Positions 40,218 to 54,841 of a stretch of DNA of 64,000 nucleotides are shown here, in pieces. The notes below the pieces were generated by a model. That model made no database searches. It was not told the origin of the DNA and was given only the letters and a program-made list of their open reading frames with translations. The position numbers were made by a program, and so were the translations under genes. The stretch is from Eledone cirrhosa (Eukaryota), in the NCBI GenBank assembly GCA_964016885.1, contig CAXHJY010000158.1:1-64000 (forward strand), written 5' to 3'. Position 1 is the first letter of the stretch; each line of letters opens with the position of its first letter.

Positions 40218-42711
40218 TATTTAGCCTAAAGTTAGCTCTGATCAATCAGACCTTTCATCAAAGTATTCCAGCCATGAACATCCCACCTTATTTACGGACA
40301 ATGCACAGTAGTAGTAGCAGCAGGAGCAACAACATATGTTTGCTTTGTTAGGGGAAGTTTATATTGTTTAGTACCATCAGAAACTGACGGTGGGAACAGT
40401 GATGCTTTGTCTATGGATTACTTGACTAATGAGAACTGCCTAAATAAGGAAAGGCTTCACACTTCACAGATGAATGAATAAGAGTATGAAGGAAGATCAT
40501 CTGACTGTAAAAAAACCCACTTCAGTCAATTTCATTATTCTGTGTTTTTATTATTTTTTAACATGATAAGGTATGGTGGCAGGAGAATTTGGCTGCTATT
40601 TCTAGTAGAGGAAGCAACCCTTTACAGGCTATCCGGTTGGCTCATCACCAATCCTATTTCCAGCATATGTACAGTTGTTGACTCTCTCTTTCCCTGTGTG
40701 TGTGTTCGAGTAGGTGTGTCACTAATTATAGGATGTCTGTGTAGGTGTGTCACATATGTATGCATGTGTACATGGGATTGTATTGGAGGAGAATGGTGGT
40801 TGTAGGTGTAGTGTGTATGAGTTAGTATGATGATTAAGTGTTAGCATTGTTGCTTAGATCTGGTTGCTATTTCTAGCGGATCAAACAATCAGGTAGTAGA
40901 AGCGTAATGTGGTGGTGTGTGTTATCATCAGCTGTTTCACAAATGACTGGGTGGACAGGGTCTTATCTATGTGTTCATGTGGGTATATGCTTAGCAGTGA
41001 TTTTGTTTAGCGCCAAATCAACCTTAATTGAGCGGAACTATGATCAAAGGTGTTCCAGTCATGACCATCCCATCATATTTTCAGACACTAGGTGAATCTA
41101 TTACTTCTTAGGTGTCCTTCCCACTTTCTATGACAGTTGAGAATATGATTGGAATGTGGCTGCTATTTCCAGCAGCTCGAGCGATCACAGAGGTTCCCAC
41201 AATTATGGTAATCATTGTGCCAGACAACAATCCAATGACCATGTATTCTATGCGTATCTACTGAATAGAGATGTGGTAGGTATGTGTTCGTGTGTCAGCT
41301 GCCTTTCTTCAGCCCTAGTTCAGGTTTCATTGAGTGGACAATGTTCAAGGGTAATCTAGACATGACCATTCCATCTTTTTTTTTTTCAGACATATATATA
41401 TCTAGGACTATATTATTCTTTTTTTAGATGTATCTGACTATATTTTCCAAAGTATTATTTGCAGTGTGTCAAAACATGACCTTGTTTTATAGGCCCAAAC
41501 TAAAGCAATTAGGAGCCTCTACTACCTGCTTGCAAGAAGCTCAATGGAAATAAAAACTACATGAATGTAGGCTTACACATAGAACTATGCTGAGATTGAA
41601 GCCTTGGTCCAGGCTGGCCTCTAAAACAAAGGTGGCACCCAAGAAAAAAAAAAATCTAATAACAATTACAATATTCTAAAGTTTGACAAAAATGTGTTTT
41701 ATTGCTACACCTGGACAATGAAGCCCACTTATTCTATATGTAAAACCAATATTGTTGTCTAATGAATTGGTGTCATCACATTATATAGAGTAATAGTAAG
41801 TTTATATGTTGGAAAAAAAAAAAAAAGAGGATCAAATGTAGGTCATCTCGTGTATAAAGCCTGAATGTGGGTTAAAATCAGCACTGCAATGTGGGTCAAT
41901 GCATGGAAAGGAAGCTAGGCCAATGCCCTGAAAATAGGACATACTGAGTTTAAGACAATGTGCTGTTAGAAACTGACAGCAAATCAATGTGCAAGCTAGT
42001 GACTACTGCACTTTAACAAGCTGTGTGTGTGTGTACGTACACATATACATAAATAAAAGGAAAGGAGATGATCATCAGATTGGACCAATGGAACTATGTT
42101 CTCATTGGTCTTTCCACTGCTTACCATGACTACTTTTAATGATTTCCCAGGCAGGATTTGAAAGCAGAGCAGGAAGAGACACAACAAAGTATTCTGCCAA
42201 ATTCTTTAACAATTCAGCCAATTACATGCTCATAGATGGCTACTTTATTTATCGACCACAAAAGGATTAAAAACAAAAGTGACTTGGTAGGACTCGAACT
42301 TGGATTGTAGAGTTAGAATAAATATCCAGGCATTTAATCCGATGCCTGAACAACATACACAACTATATATACATACATACACATATATATATATATATTC
42401 AACATTACAAAAAAATCAAAGTTAACAACTTAAAAAAAATCTATACATATATATATATTTGCTAGCAGGGAAAGCAGATGTTAAAATGATGATGATGATA
42501 TATATAGACACATACACACACATATATATAATTGTTTCTACTTTTGGCACAAGGCCAGAAATTACCCAGTGTATTACTGGTACTTTATTTTATCGACCCC
42601 GTAAGGATGAAAGGCAAAGTTAACTTCGGCGGGATTTGAACTCAGATTGTGGCAGTGTCCCAGTAGAGCTCCAGCCAATCAGCTGGAAGAGGTAAAAGAG
42701 TATACATATAT

Positions 42712-42771
<60 letters not shown>

Positions 42772-44775
42772 AATATATATTTGTGAAATGGGTGGTGGTT
42801 GAAATTCAGTTGTGCACGGTTAAATGGTAGCAGACGTGGTCGGACGGACATGAACACCTATGTAAAAAGTGCCAAGGAAGCATATAGACGAGGTTTCAAA
42901 TCTCTAACTTGAAAAATGTGGTCCCTGGGGCCCCAAAACGGTCTATTTACTATCACGTTCGGTGAGTTATTTCCCCCTGTTCTAATACTTTTGTCTTATT
43001 TACAATTTCATACAAATAAAGCAGTAAATAAAGGATTAGGAGTTCATGCAATTGACTTATGTTTCGCCACTATATATATATATATATATATATATGAAAA
43101 CGCTTTAATAAAAAAAAATATCAACTGTAATGTATGTATGCATGTATTTATATGAACGTGTGATTCTAAACGTCAGCATGTATAAATAATGCAACATGTG
43201 ATGACAGTAAACATGTGGGAATACCACCAAATACTTCAACACCAGTTCACAGAAAATATAACCTTATGTATATTTACATGGTTGTTTAGTCCCAGATCAG
43301 CACTGATGGAACACCTATAGTAAAGGCATTCCAGCCATGACCATATCACCATTTCTTCTTCCTAACATAGTGTATTTAAGACTACATTATCCGATGTGTC
43401 ATTTGTTTTTTTGTTTTTTTGAGATAGGGTATTATAAGGCAGCGAATTGGCAGAGTCATTAGAACATCAAACAGAATGCTTTATGGTATTTGTTCCAGCT
43501 CTCTGCCCTCTGAGTTTAAATCCTGCTGAGGTCAACTTCTTCGCATTTCATATTTTCGAGGTCGATAAAAAAAGGTACCAGTCTAGTACTGGGGTCGATT
43601 CCTCCTCTATATCTCTTTCTCATTTCCTCACTCACACTTTCTTTCTCTGGAAGAAATCTGCTGTACTCAGGCATGGGCTTCACCAGGCTTAAAATACCCA
43701 AGAAACACTGTATGTCAATGTGGCACCCCCATGACTATCAGGAGTTACGGGAACATACATACATATCATAGAGAAAGATTTAATTCTTATTCATAGCAGG
43801 TCAAAACACCAAAAATGTTTCCTTTGTTAGCACATGATGTGTACACTAAGTTTAGTAATGATCCATGTGAGAATATAGCACACAAGTGTTGTGTTAGTGT
43901 GTACAATGACTACACATAGAGAGTAGGTAAATCAGCCCATCTCATGTAGCCCTCTTACCATATGTGTTCCAGCCATAACCATCTTGTCTTTTTGTATATC
44001 CAGAACTAGACTGTCCTATGTACCTACTTTATTTAAGACATTAAAGATGATATAAGGGAGAAAGACTTGGCTGATATTGCCAGCAGGTTGATCCATCACA
44101 TAGAGATTCCATTATTGGGTTGTAGTGAGGTAGGAGTATGCAAATAGATGTGATATCAGATTTTGTATCAGCTGACAGGTGACTGAGGTGGCCAATGTTT
44201 TATCTATTTACAGCTTAGTCAGATGTGGAAATATTTGCACCCATAGCTTTTGCAGTTTAAGGAAGTAATCTCAGACAAAATACCTGGTTAAGTGGACAGT
44301 TCCACTACAAGAATTCATGGGTCAGGTGGAGGTGCTAGACAGAGTGACAAATTGAGTCAAGTCTCTTCGCTCAAAGAACAGGTACAGTTTCTCTAAAGAG
44401 CTTTTACACAGTTGCCATCATCACAATTTTACTTAGAATACTTGAGACTATGGTAGGAAATGGTTACCCAAAATTTTGAGCAGGAGATAGTACCTAGAAC
44501 CATGTGATTGCCAAGTGAACTTCCTATTGATACTGATCAATACAATATATTAACACTGGCTTTTATGTAAAAAAAAATTATGCATATGGCAAAATCAACT
44601 AAGCCACCAGCCTCCATAGAGTATGTTTTAATGCCAGGTAAACCTAGGACAAAAACCGTTCCAAACATACCAAGTCTGTCTTCTAGTATATCTAGGACTA
44701 GATATCCCAATGTGTCCACCCTATTTTTAAAGAGGGTAGAATATGCTTTGAGGGAAATTTGGTCATTATTTTTGT
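40218..44775 (+). repeat. About seven degenerate, same-orientation copies of an unclassified interspersed repeat
   Basis: Recurring tttagcc...ttccagccatgaccatcc...ctaggactacattatcc...ttggctgctatttctagc near 40218, 40590, 41005, 41310, 43283, 43960 and 44625; also near 30850. Confidence 0.6.
42530..42650 (-). mobile_element. Meta-domain-type SINE fragment
   Basis: ctggtactttattttatcgaccccgtaaggatgaaaggcaaagt; related pieces at 42236-42350, 43437-43600 (+) and 51944-52060 (+). Confidence 0.55.
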
Positions 44776-44954
44776 TGTAGAATTTCATGAATACCATAAA
44801 ATTTCAATGTGTGTGCAAGAGTGTGTAGTTATGTTTTAAATGTCCTCACAATTAGTAGTGGCATATAAAAATTTCAATATCTCTATATACAATAACACCA
44901 GCACGCCCATATCATTCCATAGCAAGCATCAATCTAACTTACCCACCAACACCA

Positions 44955-47470
44955 TCATCAAGCAGATGTGCGAGGCTTTTCAAAAGCACTTTGCCGGATT
45001 GTTCGGAAGGGGCGGGGACCCGGTTGGGGATGTGGACTTCGGTCCATACCTCAACGGCCTGCTGCGTCTCTCGGACAGGGAGGTGAAGTCCTGCGAGGAG
45101 CCAATTTCAGCCACTGAGATAGAGGACATGCTGAGCCAATGCGGCAAACGCAAATCCTCAGGTCTCGATGGTCTTCCATATAAACTATATCTAGCTATGC
45201 CGGACTTGTTCCCCGATCTCCTCGAGGCGGTCTACTGCAACTGGCAACAGAACGGGAGAATTCCCTGTGCTGTGACCAAGGGCGTAGTCACGCTAGTGAG
45301 GAAGGACGAGAACAAGGGGGACAATATAAATAATTTAAGGCCCATAACTCTGCTAAATACAGAGTTACAGATTTTGGCCAAGAGGTTGGCGCTTGTCGTG
45401 GGTAACCTGGTGAGAGATGCGCAGACATGTGCTATCCTGTCCAGGTCCATCCACGACAACCTCCACCTCATGCGATACATCATAGAGAGGGTTGGGAACG
45501 AACCCGGCTTTGGTGGGGCCCTGATCAACTTGGATCAATCTAAGGTATTCGATAGGGTCGACCATGGTTACCTGGATGCGGTGCTAGCGGCGGCAGGCTT
45601 CGGACCCGTTTTCAGGGGCTGGATCAATGCCATGCACAGCAGCCGCATTTGCTCTAGGGTCAAGGTGAACGGCTACCTCTCGGAGCCGTTCGAAATCGCG
45701 CGGTCCATCCGACAGAGGTGCCCTCTCTCCTCCCTTCTGTATGTAGTGACTCTAGAGCCACTGCTGCGGAAGTTAGAGTTGTTGCAGGGCATCCCGTTGG
45801 AACCGGGATTGCGGAAAGCGGTGTCGGCCTACGCCGACGACATTACAATAATGGTGTCTACGGCCTTGGAAATCGGGGCGATTGGCACCTTACTGGAGGA
45901 GTACGAAAGGTTTACAGGGGCTAAGCTGAACCGGGACAAGTCGATCGGTCTGCAACTCGGTACGTGGAGGGGCAGATCGATGCCCTCCGATGGCGTCGTC
46001 GGGCGCTGGACGGAGGACCCGGTGAAGTTGCTTGGGGTCTGGTTCGGACCAGACCTCCAGGTGGAGAAGAACTGGGGTGAGGTAATGAACAGGGTGTTTG
46101 CATTGACCCAGAAGTGGGCCGAGTGCAAACTGTCCCTGAAAGGTCGGGCGGAGGTGGCAAACACTTATATAGCATCCGTCATCTACTACCGCCTGACCGT
46201 TGTGCCTTGCCCAAGGGAAACGCTCGCCAAAATGGAGCGCGCACTCTTCCAATTCCTTTGGAAGAAGCGGGCTCCTATGGTGAGGAGATCCATCTGCTGT
46301 CAACACCCTTCGAAAGGAGGGCTGGGAATGCCGTGGCAAATGATACATAAACACGCATTAAGGCTACAGCACCTCCAGGTATTCCTCTCCGGTCAACCGG
46401 TGTGGGCTCCGTTTGTGAGGCGAGTCCTTCCCAGACTCGTCTCACTCACCGAGCTGCAATCCTGGGTCAAGCAAAGACCGAGAAAACTGGGCGCCTGGCA
46501 CACCGAGTGTGCCCAGGCGCTTACGGCTCTCTGGCAGGCAGACCCGACTGTCAGTGGAGAATCCACCTCGTCATTCTATAGAGGGCTGGTGGTTAGCAGG
46601 TGCGACGACGCACTCGGAGAAGCCCTAGGCATGGAGGAAGACGAACTGGCCAACCTGTTCGGTAGGACATTCAGCCTGGGACCCATGGATAACTTCCAGA
46701 GGTCCCTGGCCTGGCAGTGCTACAGAAGGGCTCTGCCCGTTCGAGAAAGGCTCTACAGACACGGGCGCCCGGGTAGGGACCCCTCGAAAAAGATCCCAGA
46801 TGCGTCTGCGACGAGGAAACCGTTGCTCACGCATTGGTACACTGCTCGGGCATTGCTGATCTGTAGGGCTATGTCGAACAACTGCTGTCAAGGGTGGGAC
46901 CGATCCGGTTGACCACCGAGTCTATTGTAACGATCAAGCCGCCTCCCCTCTTCAAAAACGAAGGAGAGGCGGTGTTTCTGTGCGTAATAGCCATGGCGAA
47001 AGAGGTTGTATGGTGGACAAGTCTGAAAGGACTGAGGTCAGACACCTTTCTCTCTGGCCAACAACTGGTCCGTTTCTTCCGATATCATTTCGGAAGAAGG
47101 ATCGGGATGGAGAGAGAGGTGTTGCACCCCAGCCGTTTTTATGAAAGATGGGTGAAAGTGGCGAGAATGGCCCGTGTGAATGGGCCTTCACTCTACATAA
47201 GACTATAGGTGAGGAAGATGAAAGACCAAGGGAGCACCCCTTCTCTGTGCTCCTGAGGAAAAGGGTTGCACACTTTTTTCGGGGGTGTGTGCGACCCCCC
47301 CAAGGCGCCTCCTCTCTATTGAGGATTTTGTTATATATTTTATTCTGTTATATTTTATTTTATTCTTATATTTTGTTATTGCCTCCTCCTTATTGAGGAG
47401 GCCTTTTTGTGTAAACTCCCCCCATTGTACTTGTCCCACTTTTGATGCCCTGGTGGCAAATAAAAGAAAC
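44955..47470 (+). mobile_element. Tx1/L1-clade LINE, 5'-truncated
   Basis: ORF to 46912: RPITLLN, LDQSKVFDRVDH, YADD, LSLKGR, GGLG; frameshifted CCHC knuckle C..C..EETVAHALVHC near 46800; ends aataaaagaaac then (TA)n. Confidence 0.88.
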
Positions 47471-47485
47471 ATATATATATATATC

Positions 47486-47519
<34 letters not shown>

Positions 47520-47522
<3 letters not shown>

Positions 47523-49834
47523 AAGAACGGAGGGAGCAGGGTACATTACATAGAGACCAAGAGGGAAGCTAGGCGACAAGTACACTTAGCTAGGAGGGAA
47601 GCAGAGGATAGAAAATTCAAGCATGTTTTGCAACGTGAGGACCAGAAACAGGAGGTATTCAAGATTGCGAGGCAGTGTGTCAGAGATAGTTGTGATGTCA
47701 TTGGAGAGAAGTGTATCCGGAATGATAAAGGTGAGCTTGCCCTCACAAGTGCTGAGAAGAAAGATGCATGGAAGAGTCATTATGATAGATTACTAAATGA
47801 GGAGAATGCATGGGAAGAAGAGACCCTACCCCAAGTAGACCCTATAGAGGGGCCAGCAGTACAAGTCAGCAGCAACGTAGTAAGGCAATCAAAGATATGA
47901 AGATGGGGAAGGCAACCGGTCCATCGGGTATAGCTGCCGAGATGCTGAAGGCATCTGGGTCTGTAGGTCACACTATAACCACACGTATTGTTAACCAGGT
48001 AATACTAGAAGGTGTCATACCAAAAGATTGGTGCAGTAGCATCATTGTCAACTGCTACAAAGGTAAAGGCGATGCACTAGATAGAGGAAACTATAGAGGT
48101 ATAAAGTTGATGGACCAGGTCATGAAAGTAACAGAAAGAGTTATAGCACAGTTGATTAGGGACCGGGTGAAAATAGACGAGATGCAATTTGGGTTTGTAC
48201 CAGGAAGGGGCACCACTGATGCCCTCTTCCTTGTGAGGCAATTACAGGAAAAGTACCTAGCTAAAAGTAAGCCACTCTACTTGGCATTTGTCGACCTTGA
48301 GAAAGCCTTTGACAGAGTTCCACGTGCTGTAATCTGGTGGGCTCTTAGAAAACTAGGAGTAGATGAATGGCTTGTGAAAGCGGTACAAGCCATGTATAGG
48401 GGAGCAGTCAGCAAAGTTAGGATTAGCAATGAGTATAGCGAGGAATTTAGCGTACAGGTTGGGGTCCACCAGGGCTCTGTTCTTAGCCCCCTCCTGTTCA
48501 TCATAGTCCTGCAGGCAATAACGGAGGAGTTTAAGACCGGATGCTCATGGGAACTCCTGTATGCTGATGACCTCGCGCTTATAGCTGAATCTATGGTAGA
48601 ACTAGAGAATAAATTCCAAACTTGGAAGCTGGGACTAGAAAGAAAGGGTCTCAAAGTCAACATGACAAAGACTAAGGTCCTTGTAAGTAGACGAGAAAAC
48701 AGAACCCAGATCCCATCAGGGAAATGGCCTTGCTCAGTATGTAGGAAGGTGTAGGTAGGAACACCATTCTCTGCCCCAAATGAAAACAATGGGTACACAA
48801 GAGATGTAACGGGATCTCAGGAAGCTTAATTAAGAATGTAGGCTTCACATGCAGCAGCTGTGCTGAGACAGCAAGCAGCAAACAGCCACATGAAACAAGT
48901 ACCACCAATCTCTGGGAGGGCTCTGTAGAAACAGTAGACAGCTTCTGATACCTAGGTGACCGAATTAGCAGCGGCGGTGGGTGTTCAGAAAGTACAATAA
49001 CTAGGGTAAGAATAGGATGGAAGAAGTTTAGGGAACTACTACCACTGCTAGCTGCAAAAGGCTTCTCCCTCAGAATGAAAGGCAGACTGTATGATGCGTG
49101 TATCCGAACAGCAATGTTGCATGGTAGTGAGACCTGGGCGCTGAAGGTGGAATACTTACGTAGATTAGAGAGAAACGAAGCCTGCATGCTCCGATTGATG
49201 TGTAACAGTAATATACGTGAACGATAAAGCATAAATGAATTGAGAGAGAGACTGAGCATAAGAGGAATCAAATGCTGTGTGCAGGAGAGGCGGTTGCACT
49301 GGTATGGACATCTGATGTGTATGAAGGATGACAGCTGCATAAAAAGGTGCAGAGCAGTAGAAGTTGATGGAAACCGCGGTGTGGGGAGACCCAAGATGAA
49401 CTGGGATGAGGTGATAAAAGCCGACCTTACCCAATTACACCTCTCAAAGGCAATGACACACGACCGTGACTTCTGGCGTCACGCAGTAATACAGAGTACC
49501 GGACCTCCCATGGGTACAAGCTGAAGCATATAGACAATATGCCCCCACACCCCCCACCGGTAGGTGGTCGTGGAGGTGCCACAGCAAAAAATCACCCAGC
49601 CCACACTGTAAAGTGGACGTGTAGGCGCCACGAAAAACACCCAGCACTCACTGTAAATGAGGTTGGTGTTAGGAAGGGCATCCAGCTGTAGAAATCAAGC
49701 CAAATCAGTTCCTGTATGAGCAAGGCATGGTCAGCGAACAAGACACTGCCCACAACAGGAAAACCCGTCTAACCCATACTAGCGTGGAAGAACGGACGTA
49801 AAACGGTGATGATCATATTGATGATGATGATGAT
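47520..49834 (+). mobile_element. RTE family A, 5'-truncated and decayed
   Basis: ORF pieces 47520..47900, 47810..48754 and 49240..49524; 3' UTR and (GAT)n tail. Confidence 0.95.
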
Positions 49835-49852
49835 CTATATATATATATAAAT

Positions 49853-50174
49853 ATGGAGGCACATGGCTTAGTGGTTAGAGCATTGGCCTTGCAATCGAAA
49901 GGTTGTGAGTTCAATTCTCAGACAGGGTGATGTGTTGTTTCCTTGAGCAAAACACTTTATTTCACATTGCTCCAGTTTACTCAGCTGTAGAAATAAGATG
50001 ATAGGGAGTGGGGTCCATATCATTCCACTGCAAAGTGGTCGTGGAGGTGCCACGACAAAAAAGCCCCCAGCACTCACTGTAAATGAGGTTGGTGTTAGGA
50101 ATCAGCCAAAATCAGTTCCCGTCCCACCCTTGCAAGCAGGGAAAAAAGTGGACGTAAAATGAAATGATGATGAT
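49853..50174 (+). mobile_element. Young tRNA/CORE-type SINE
   Basis: Matches 14114-14462 with a short deletion. Confidence 0.9.
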
Positions 50175-50248
50175 ATTTATATATATATATATATCTAAAT
50201 ATATATATATATATATATATATCTAAATATATATATATATATCTGAAT

Positions 50249-50279
<31 letters not shown>

Positions 50280-50281
50280 AA

Positions 50282-50314
<33 letters not shown>

Positions 50315-50337
50315 AATATATATATATATATCTAAAT

Positions 50338-50369
<32 letters not shown>

Positions 50370-50451
50370 CTAAATATATATATATCTAAATATATATATA
50401 TAACTAAATATATATATATATATCTGAATATATATATATATATAAATATAA

Positions 50452-50487
<36 letters not shown>

Positions 50488-50489
50488 AA

Positions 50490-50521
<32 letters not shown>

Positions 50522-50612
50522 CTAAATACATATATATATCTAAATATATATATATCGAAATATATATATATATATATATATCAAAATATATATATATATA
50601 TATCGAAATATA

Positions 50613-51006
50613 CATCATCATCATCATCATTTCATTTTACGTCCGCTTTTCCCTGCTTGCAAGGGTGGGACGGGAACTGATTCTGGCTTGATTTCTACAG
50701 CTGGATGCCCTTCCTAACACCAACCTCATTTACAGTGAGTGCTGGGTGCTTTTTTGCCGTGGCACCTCCACGACCACTTTACAGTGTGGGCTGGGTGCTT
50801 TTTTGCCGTGGCACCTCCACGACACTTTGCAGTGGAATGATATGGACCCAGTCCCTATCATCTCATTTCTACAGCTGGGTAAACTGGAGCAATGTGAAAT
50901 AAAGTGACTTGCTCAAGGAAACAACACATCACCCGGTCTGAGAATTGAACTCACAACCTTTCGATTGCAAGGCCAATGCTCTAACCACTAAGCCATGTGC
51001 CCCCAT
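50613..51006 (-). mobile_element. Young tRNA/CORE-type SINE (two-unit variant)
   Basis: Reverse complement of the SINE with duplicated internal unit. Confidence 0.9.
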
Positions 51007-51066
51007 ATCGAAATATATATATATATATCGAAATATACATATATATCGAAATATATATATATCAAA

Positions 51067-51103
<37 letters not shown>

Positions 51104-51943
51104 ATCATCATCATCGTTTAACGTCCATGTTCCACGCTTGCATGGGTTTGGACGGGAGTTTTCCCACTTGAGGCAAGAGTGGTTGTCTTGCTCGCATAGG
51201 ACTGTCTGGCGGGTTTTCTACAGCTGGATGCTCTACCTAACACCAACCACATTTACAGTGTGGGACTGGGAGGTTTTTACGTGTTGCCTACACGCCCACA
51301 TTACAGCGTGGACTGTGTGTTTTTTTGTCGTGACACCTACACGATCTCATTTGTTTCGGCCTGGATGTTGTGGCACCAACATAACTTTACATTGAAAGGG
51401 GTGGTAAGGCGGGTCTTCTCTATTACTGAGAACCGCCAAAGATCTCGGTCCAGTGACATTGTCTTGGGGAGGTGTAAGTGTGTGAGGTCGGAATTTATCA
51501 GGTCGTCCCAGGTTTTTCTGGGCCTGCTTACTCCGTGGCTACCGTCTATCTTTATTGCCCTGCACTTTGTTATACAGCTGTCGTCTTTCATGCGCATCAC
51601 GTGACCATACCAACGTAGCCTTCTCTCGAGTAAACAACATCTGATACCTCTTATTTCTAATTTTTTCCTTAGTTCGTTTATGCTTTGCCGTTCACGTATA
51701 TTACTATTACACATCCAGCGGAGCATGCAAGCTTCGTTCCTCTCTAGTCTGCGTATATCCTCTGCACACAATGCCCAGGTCTCACTGCCATGCAACATTG
51801 CTGTTCGCATGCAGGCATCATACAACCTGCCTTTCATTTTTAGGGAGAACCCTTTAGCGGCTAATAGTGGTATAAGCTCTGAACTTTTTCCATCCAGTTC
51901 TGACTCTAGCTACTGTACTTTCAGAGCACACTCCCCCACTGCT
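51104..51943 (-). mobile_element. RTE family B 3' fragment with deletion across the stop and G-tract
   Basis: ORF 51337..51837 reads through into the UTR. Confidence 0.92.
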
Positions 51944-52058
51944 GGTCAACTTTGCCTTTCATCTTGCCAGGGTCGATAAAATAAGTACAAATCAAGTACA
52001 GGGGGCGATATGATCGATTTTTCCCTTCCTCCCCAAATTGCCGTCCTTTTGCCTAAAT

Positions 52059-52100
<42 letters not shown>

Positions 52101-52155
52101 TATATAGTAATAATAATATATTTGAAAACTAAAATCCAAAGAGGGCTCGATAAGG

Positions 52156-52217
<62 letters not shown>

Positions 52218-52222
52218 ATATA

Positions 52223-52889
52223 ATCATCATCAACGTATAACGTCCGTGTTCCACGCTTGCATGGGTTTGGACGGGGGTTTTCCCACTTGAGGCAAGAGTG
52301 ATTGTCTTGCTCGCATAGGACTGTCTGGCGGGTTTTCTACAGCTGGATGCCCTTCCTAACACCAACCACATTTACAGTGTGGGGCTGGGAGGTTTTTACC
52401 GTGTTGCCTACACGGCCACATTACAGCGTGGACTGTGTGTTTTTTTGTCGTGACACCTACACGATCTCATTTGTTTCGGCCTGGATGTTGTGGCACCAAC
52501 ATAACTTTACATTGAATGGGGCGGTGTGGATGGGGTGGGGGTGGTGGGACGGAGGTGTATTTTGTTAGAGATGCCTACTGACTGTAGTAGGTTTTACTTT
52601 GTATTTAGGTAAGGCGGGTCTTCTCTATTACTGAGTACCGCCAAAGGTCTCGGTCCAGTGACATTGTCTTGGAGAGGTGTAAGTGTGTGAGGTCGGAATT
52701 TATCAGCTCGGGTTTTTCTGGGTCTGCCTACTCCGTGGCTACCGTCTATCTTTATTGCCCTGCACTTTGTTATACAGCTATCGTCTTTCATACGCATCAC
52801 GTGACCATACCAACGTAGCCTTCTCTCGAGTAAACAACATCTGATCCCTCTTATTTCTAATTTTTTCCTTAGTTCATTTATGCTTTGCA
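52223..52889 (-). mobile_element. RTE family B 3' fragment
   Basis: ORF 52594..52890, UTR and tail. Confidence 0.92.
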
Positions 52890-52892
52890 TAT

Positions 52893-53670
52893 ATCATCAT
52901 CAACGTTTAACGTCCTTGTTCCACGCTTGCATGGGTTTGGACGGGAGTTTTCCCACTTGAGGCAAGAGTGATTGTCTTGCTCGCATAGGACTGTCTGGCA
53001 GGTTTTCTACAGTTGGATGCCCTTCCTAACACCAACCACATTTACAGTGTGGGTCTGGGAGGTTTTTACCGTGTTGCCTACACAGCCACATTACAGCGTG
53101 GACTGTTTGTTTTTTTGTCATGACACCTACACGATCTCATTTGTTTCGGCCTGGATGGTGTGGCACCAACATAACTTTACATAGAAGGGGGCGGTGTGGA
53201 TGGGGTGGGAGTGGTGGGACGGGGGTGTATTTTGTTAGAGATGCCTACTGACTGTAGTAGGTTTTACTATTACTATGTATTTAGGTAAGGCGGGTCTTCT
53301 CTATTACTGAGTACTGCCAAAGGTCTCGGTCCAGTGACATTGTCTTAGAGAGTTGTAAGTCTGTGAGGTCGGAGTTTATCAGCTCGTCCCAGGTTTTTCT
53401 AGGTCTGCCTATTCCGTAGCTACCGTCTATCTTTATTGCCCTGCACTTTGTTATACAGCTATCGACTTTCATGCGTATCACGTGTCCATACCAACGTAGC
53501 CTTCTCTCGAGTAAACAACATCTGATCCCTCTTATTTCTAATTTTTTCCTTAGTTCGTTTATGCTTTGCCGTTCACGTATATTACTATTACACATCCAGC
53601 GGAGCATGAAGCTTCGTTCCTCTCTAGTCTGCGTATATCCTCTGCACACAATGCCAAGGTCTCACTGCCA
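52893..53670 (-). mobile_element. RTE family B 3' fragment, head-to-tail with the previous copy
   Basis: ORF 53281..53649, UTR and tail; only a few nt of TA between the copies. Confidence 0.92.
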
Positions 53671-53789
53671 TATATATAAATATATTTATATATATAAATA
53701 TATATATTTATATATTTATATATAAATATATTTATATATATAAATATATGTATATATAAATATATATATATAAATATATATATATAAAT

Positions 53790-54810
53790 ATTTTCTACCA
53801 CCTTTATTTTTTTACCACCTTTATTTTTAATCGTAATATTGCCAGAATTAATAACAGAACACACTCACTGTTTAAAAATAAAGGTGGTAGAAAAGCCAGG
53901 AACCACCATAAAATCCCTGATCAGCAAAACCTACCCTTTTAAGAAAACCCACTGTACCAATAGGAAATGTATCATATGTAAGGTGAACCCCCGGATAAAC
54001 TGTAAAACTAGAAACGTAGTCTATAGCATAAGATGTACAGAGGGTACTTGCAGAAACATGACAACAACATACATAGGTGAGACAGCTTGTAGCATAGGTG
54101 AAAGGATAGACCAACACTGGGGGGAACTAAAAGGACGAAAAAACGGGTCAGTACTATACGAACATGCTAGACAACAACATGACGGTAACATAGACAACAT
54201 AGAAATTAGAATAATATCTAAACATAGGAATGACCCAGCAGATAGGCAAATCAGAGAGGCCAGTGAAATAGAAATTAGAAAGAATGAGTGGAACAACAAC
54301 AAACAACACTGACCTAAGAGAAGTATAGATAAGTAAATAAAATAAAATAAAATAAGATAAATAAATACATACACAAGCACATAAACACACACTAGTCACC
54401 CAGCAGACACAACACTATAAACACTAGTCACACATCACACATAACACTATACACACACGCAAACGCATGCGCAAAGAAGACAAAATAAAATAAGATAAAC
54501 AAACAAGCAAATAAATAAATAAATATATAGACAGACTGAACAAAAAAATGGCGTAGACATACAACACAACAGGAGGAACAATGAATATAACACCACTGAC
54601 GAAAGATTTATGTAAATTATGTAAACTATATATATGTGTTTGTGTCTATATTGTATCTGTATTATTTTTGACCGCCGGTCAGTCAATGGCAACATTGAGG
54701 ACCGAGTAAGTTAGATCGCAGATATAAAAGACAGCGAGAAGCGAAAACCAACCAAACAGTGAGTGTGTTCTGTTATTAATTCTGGCAATATTACGCAAAT
54801 ATGACCCTCC

Positions 54811-54812
<2 letters not shown>
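53790..54812 (+). mobile_element. Penelope-like element 3' fragment (GIY-YIG endonuclease and pLTR region)
   Basis: ORF 53839..54312: CIIC, NVVYSIRC, YIGET, ERIDQH, LYEH, IREA; 53832-53873 is repeated inverted at 54754-54795; degenerate CTGACGA motif at 54596. Confidence 0.85.

Positions 54813-54840
<28 letters not shown>

Positions 54841-54841
<1 letters not shown>

Noticed and set aside
42790-42970. Exon ending at ggtgagtt
   Set aside because: No clear acceptor, and the frames checked hit stops; more likely an old transposon fragment.
44537-44797. ORFs 44537..44797 and 44580..44780 as genes
   Set aside because: They overlap a copy of the interspersed repeat seen several times at 40-45 kb.
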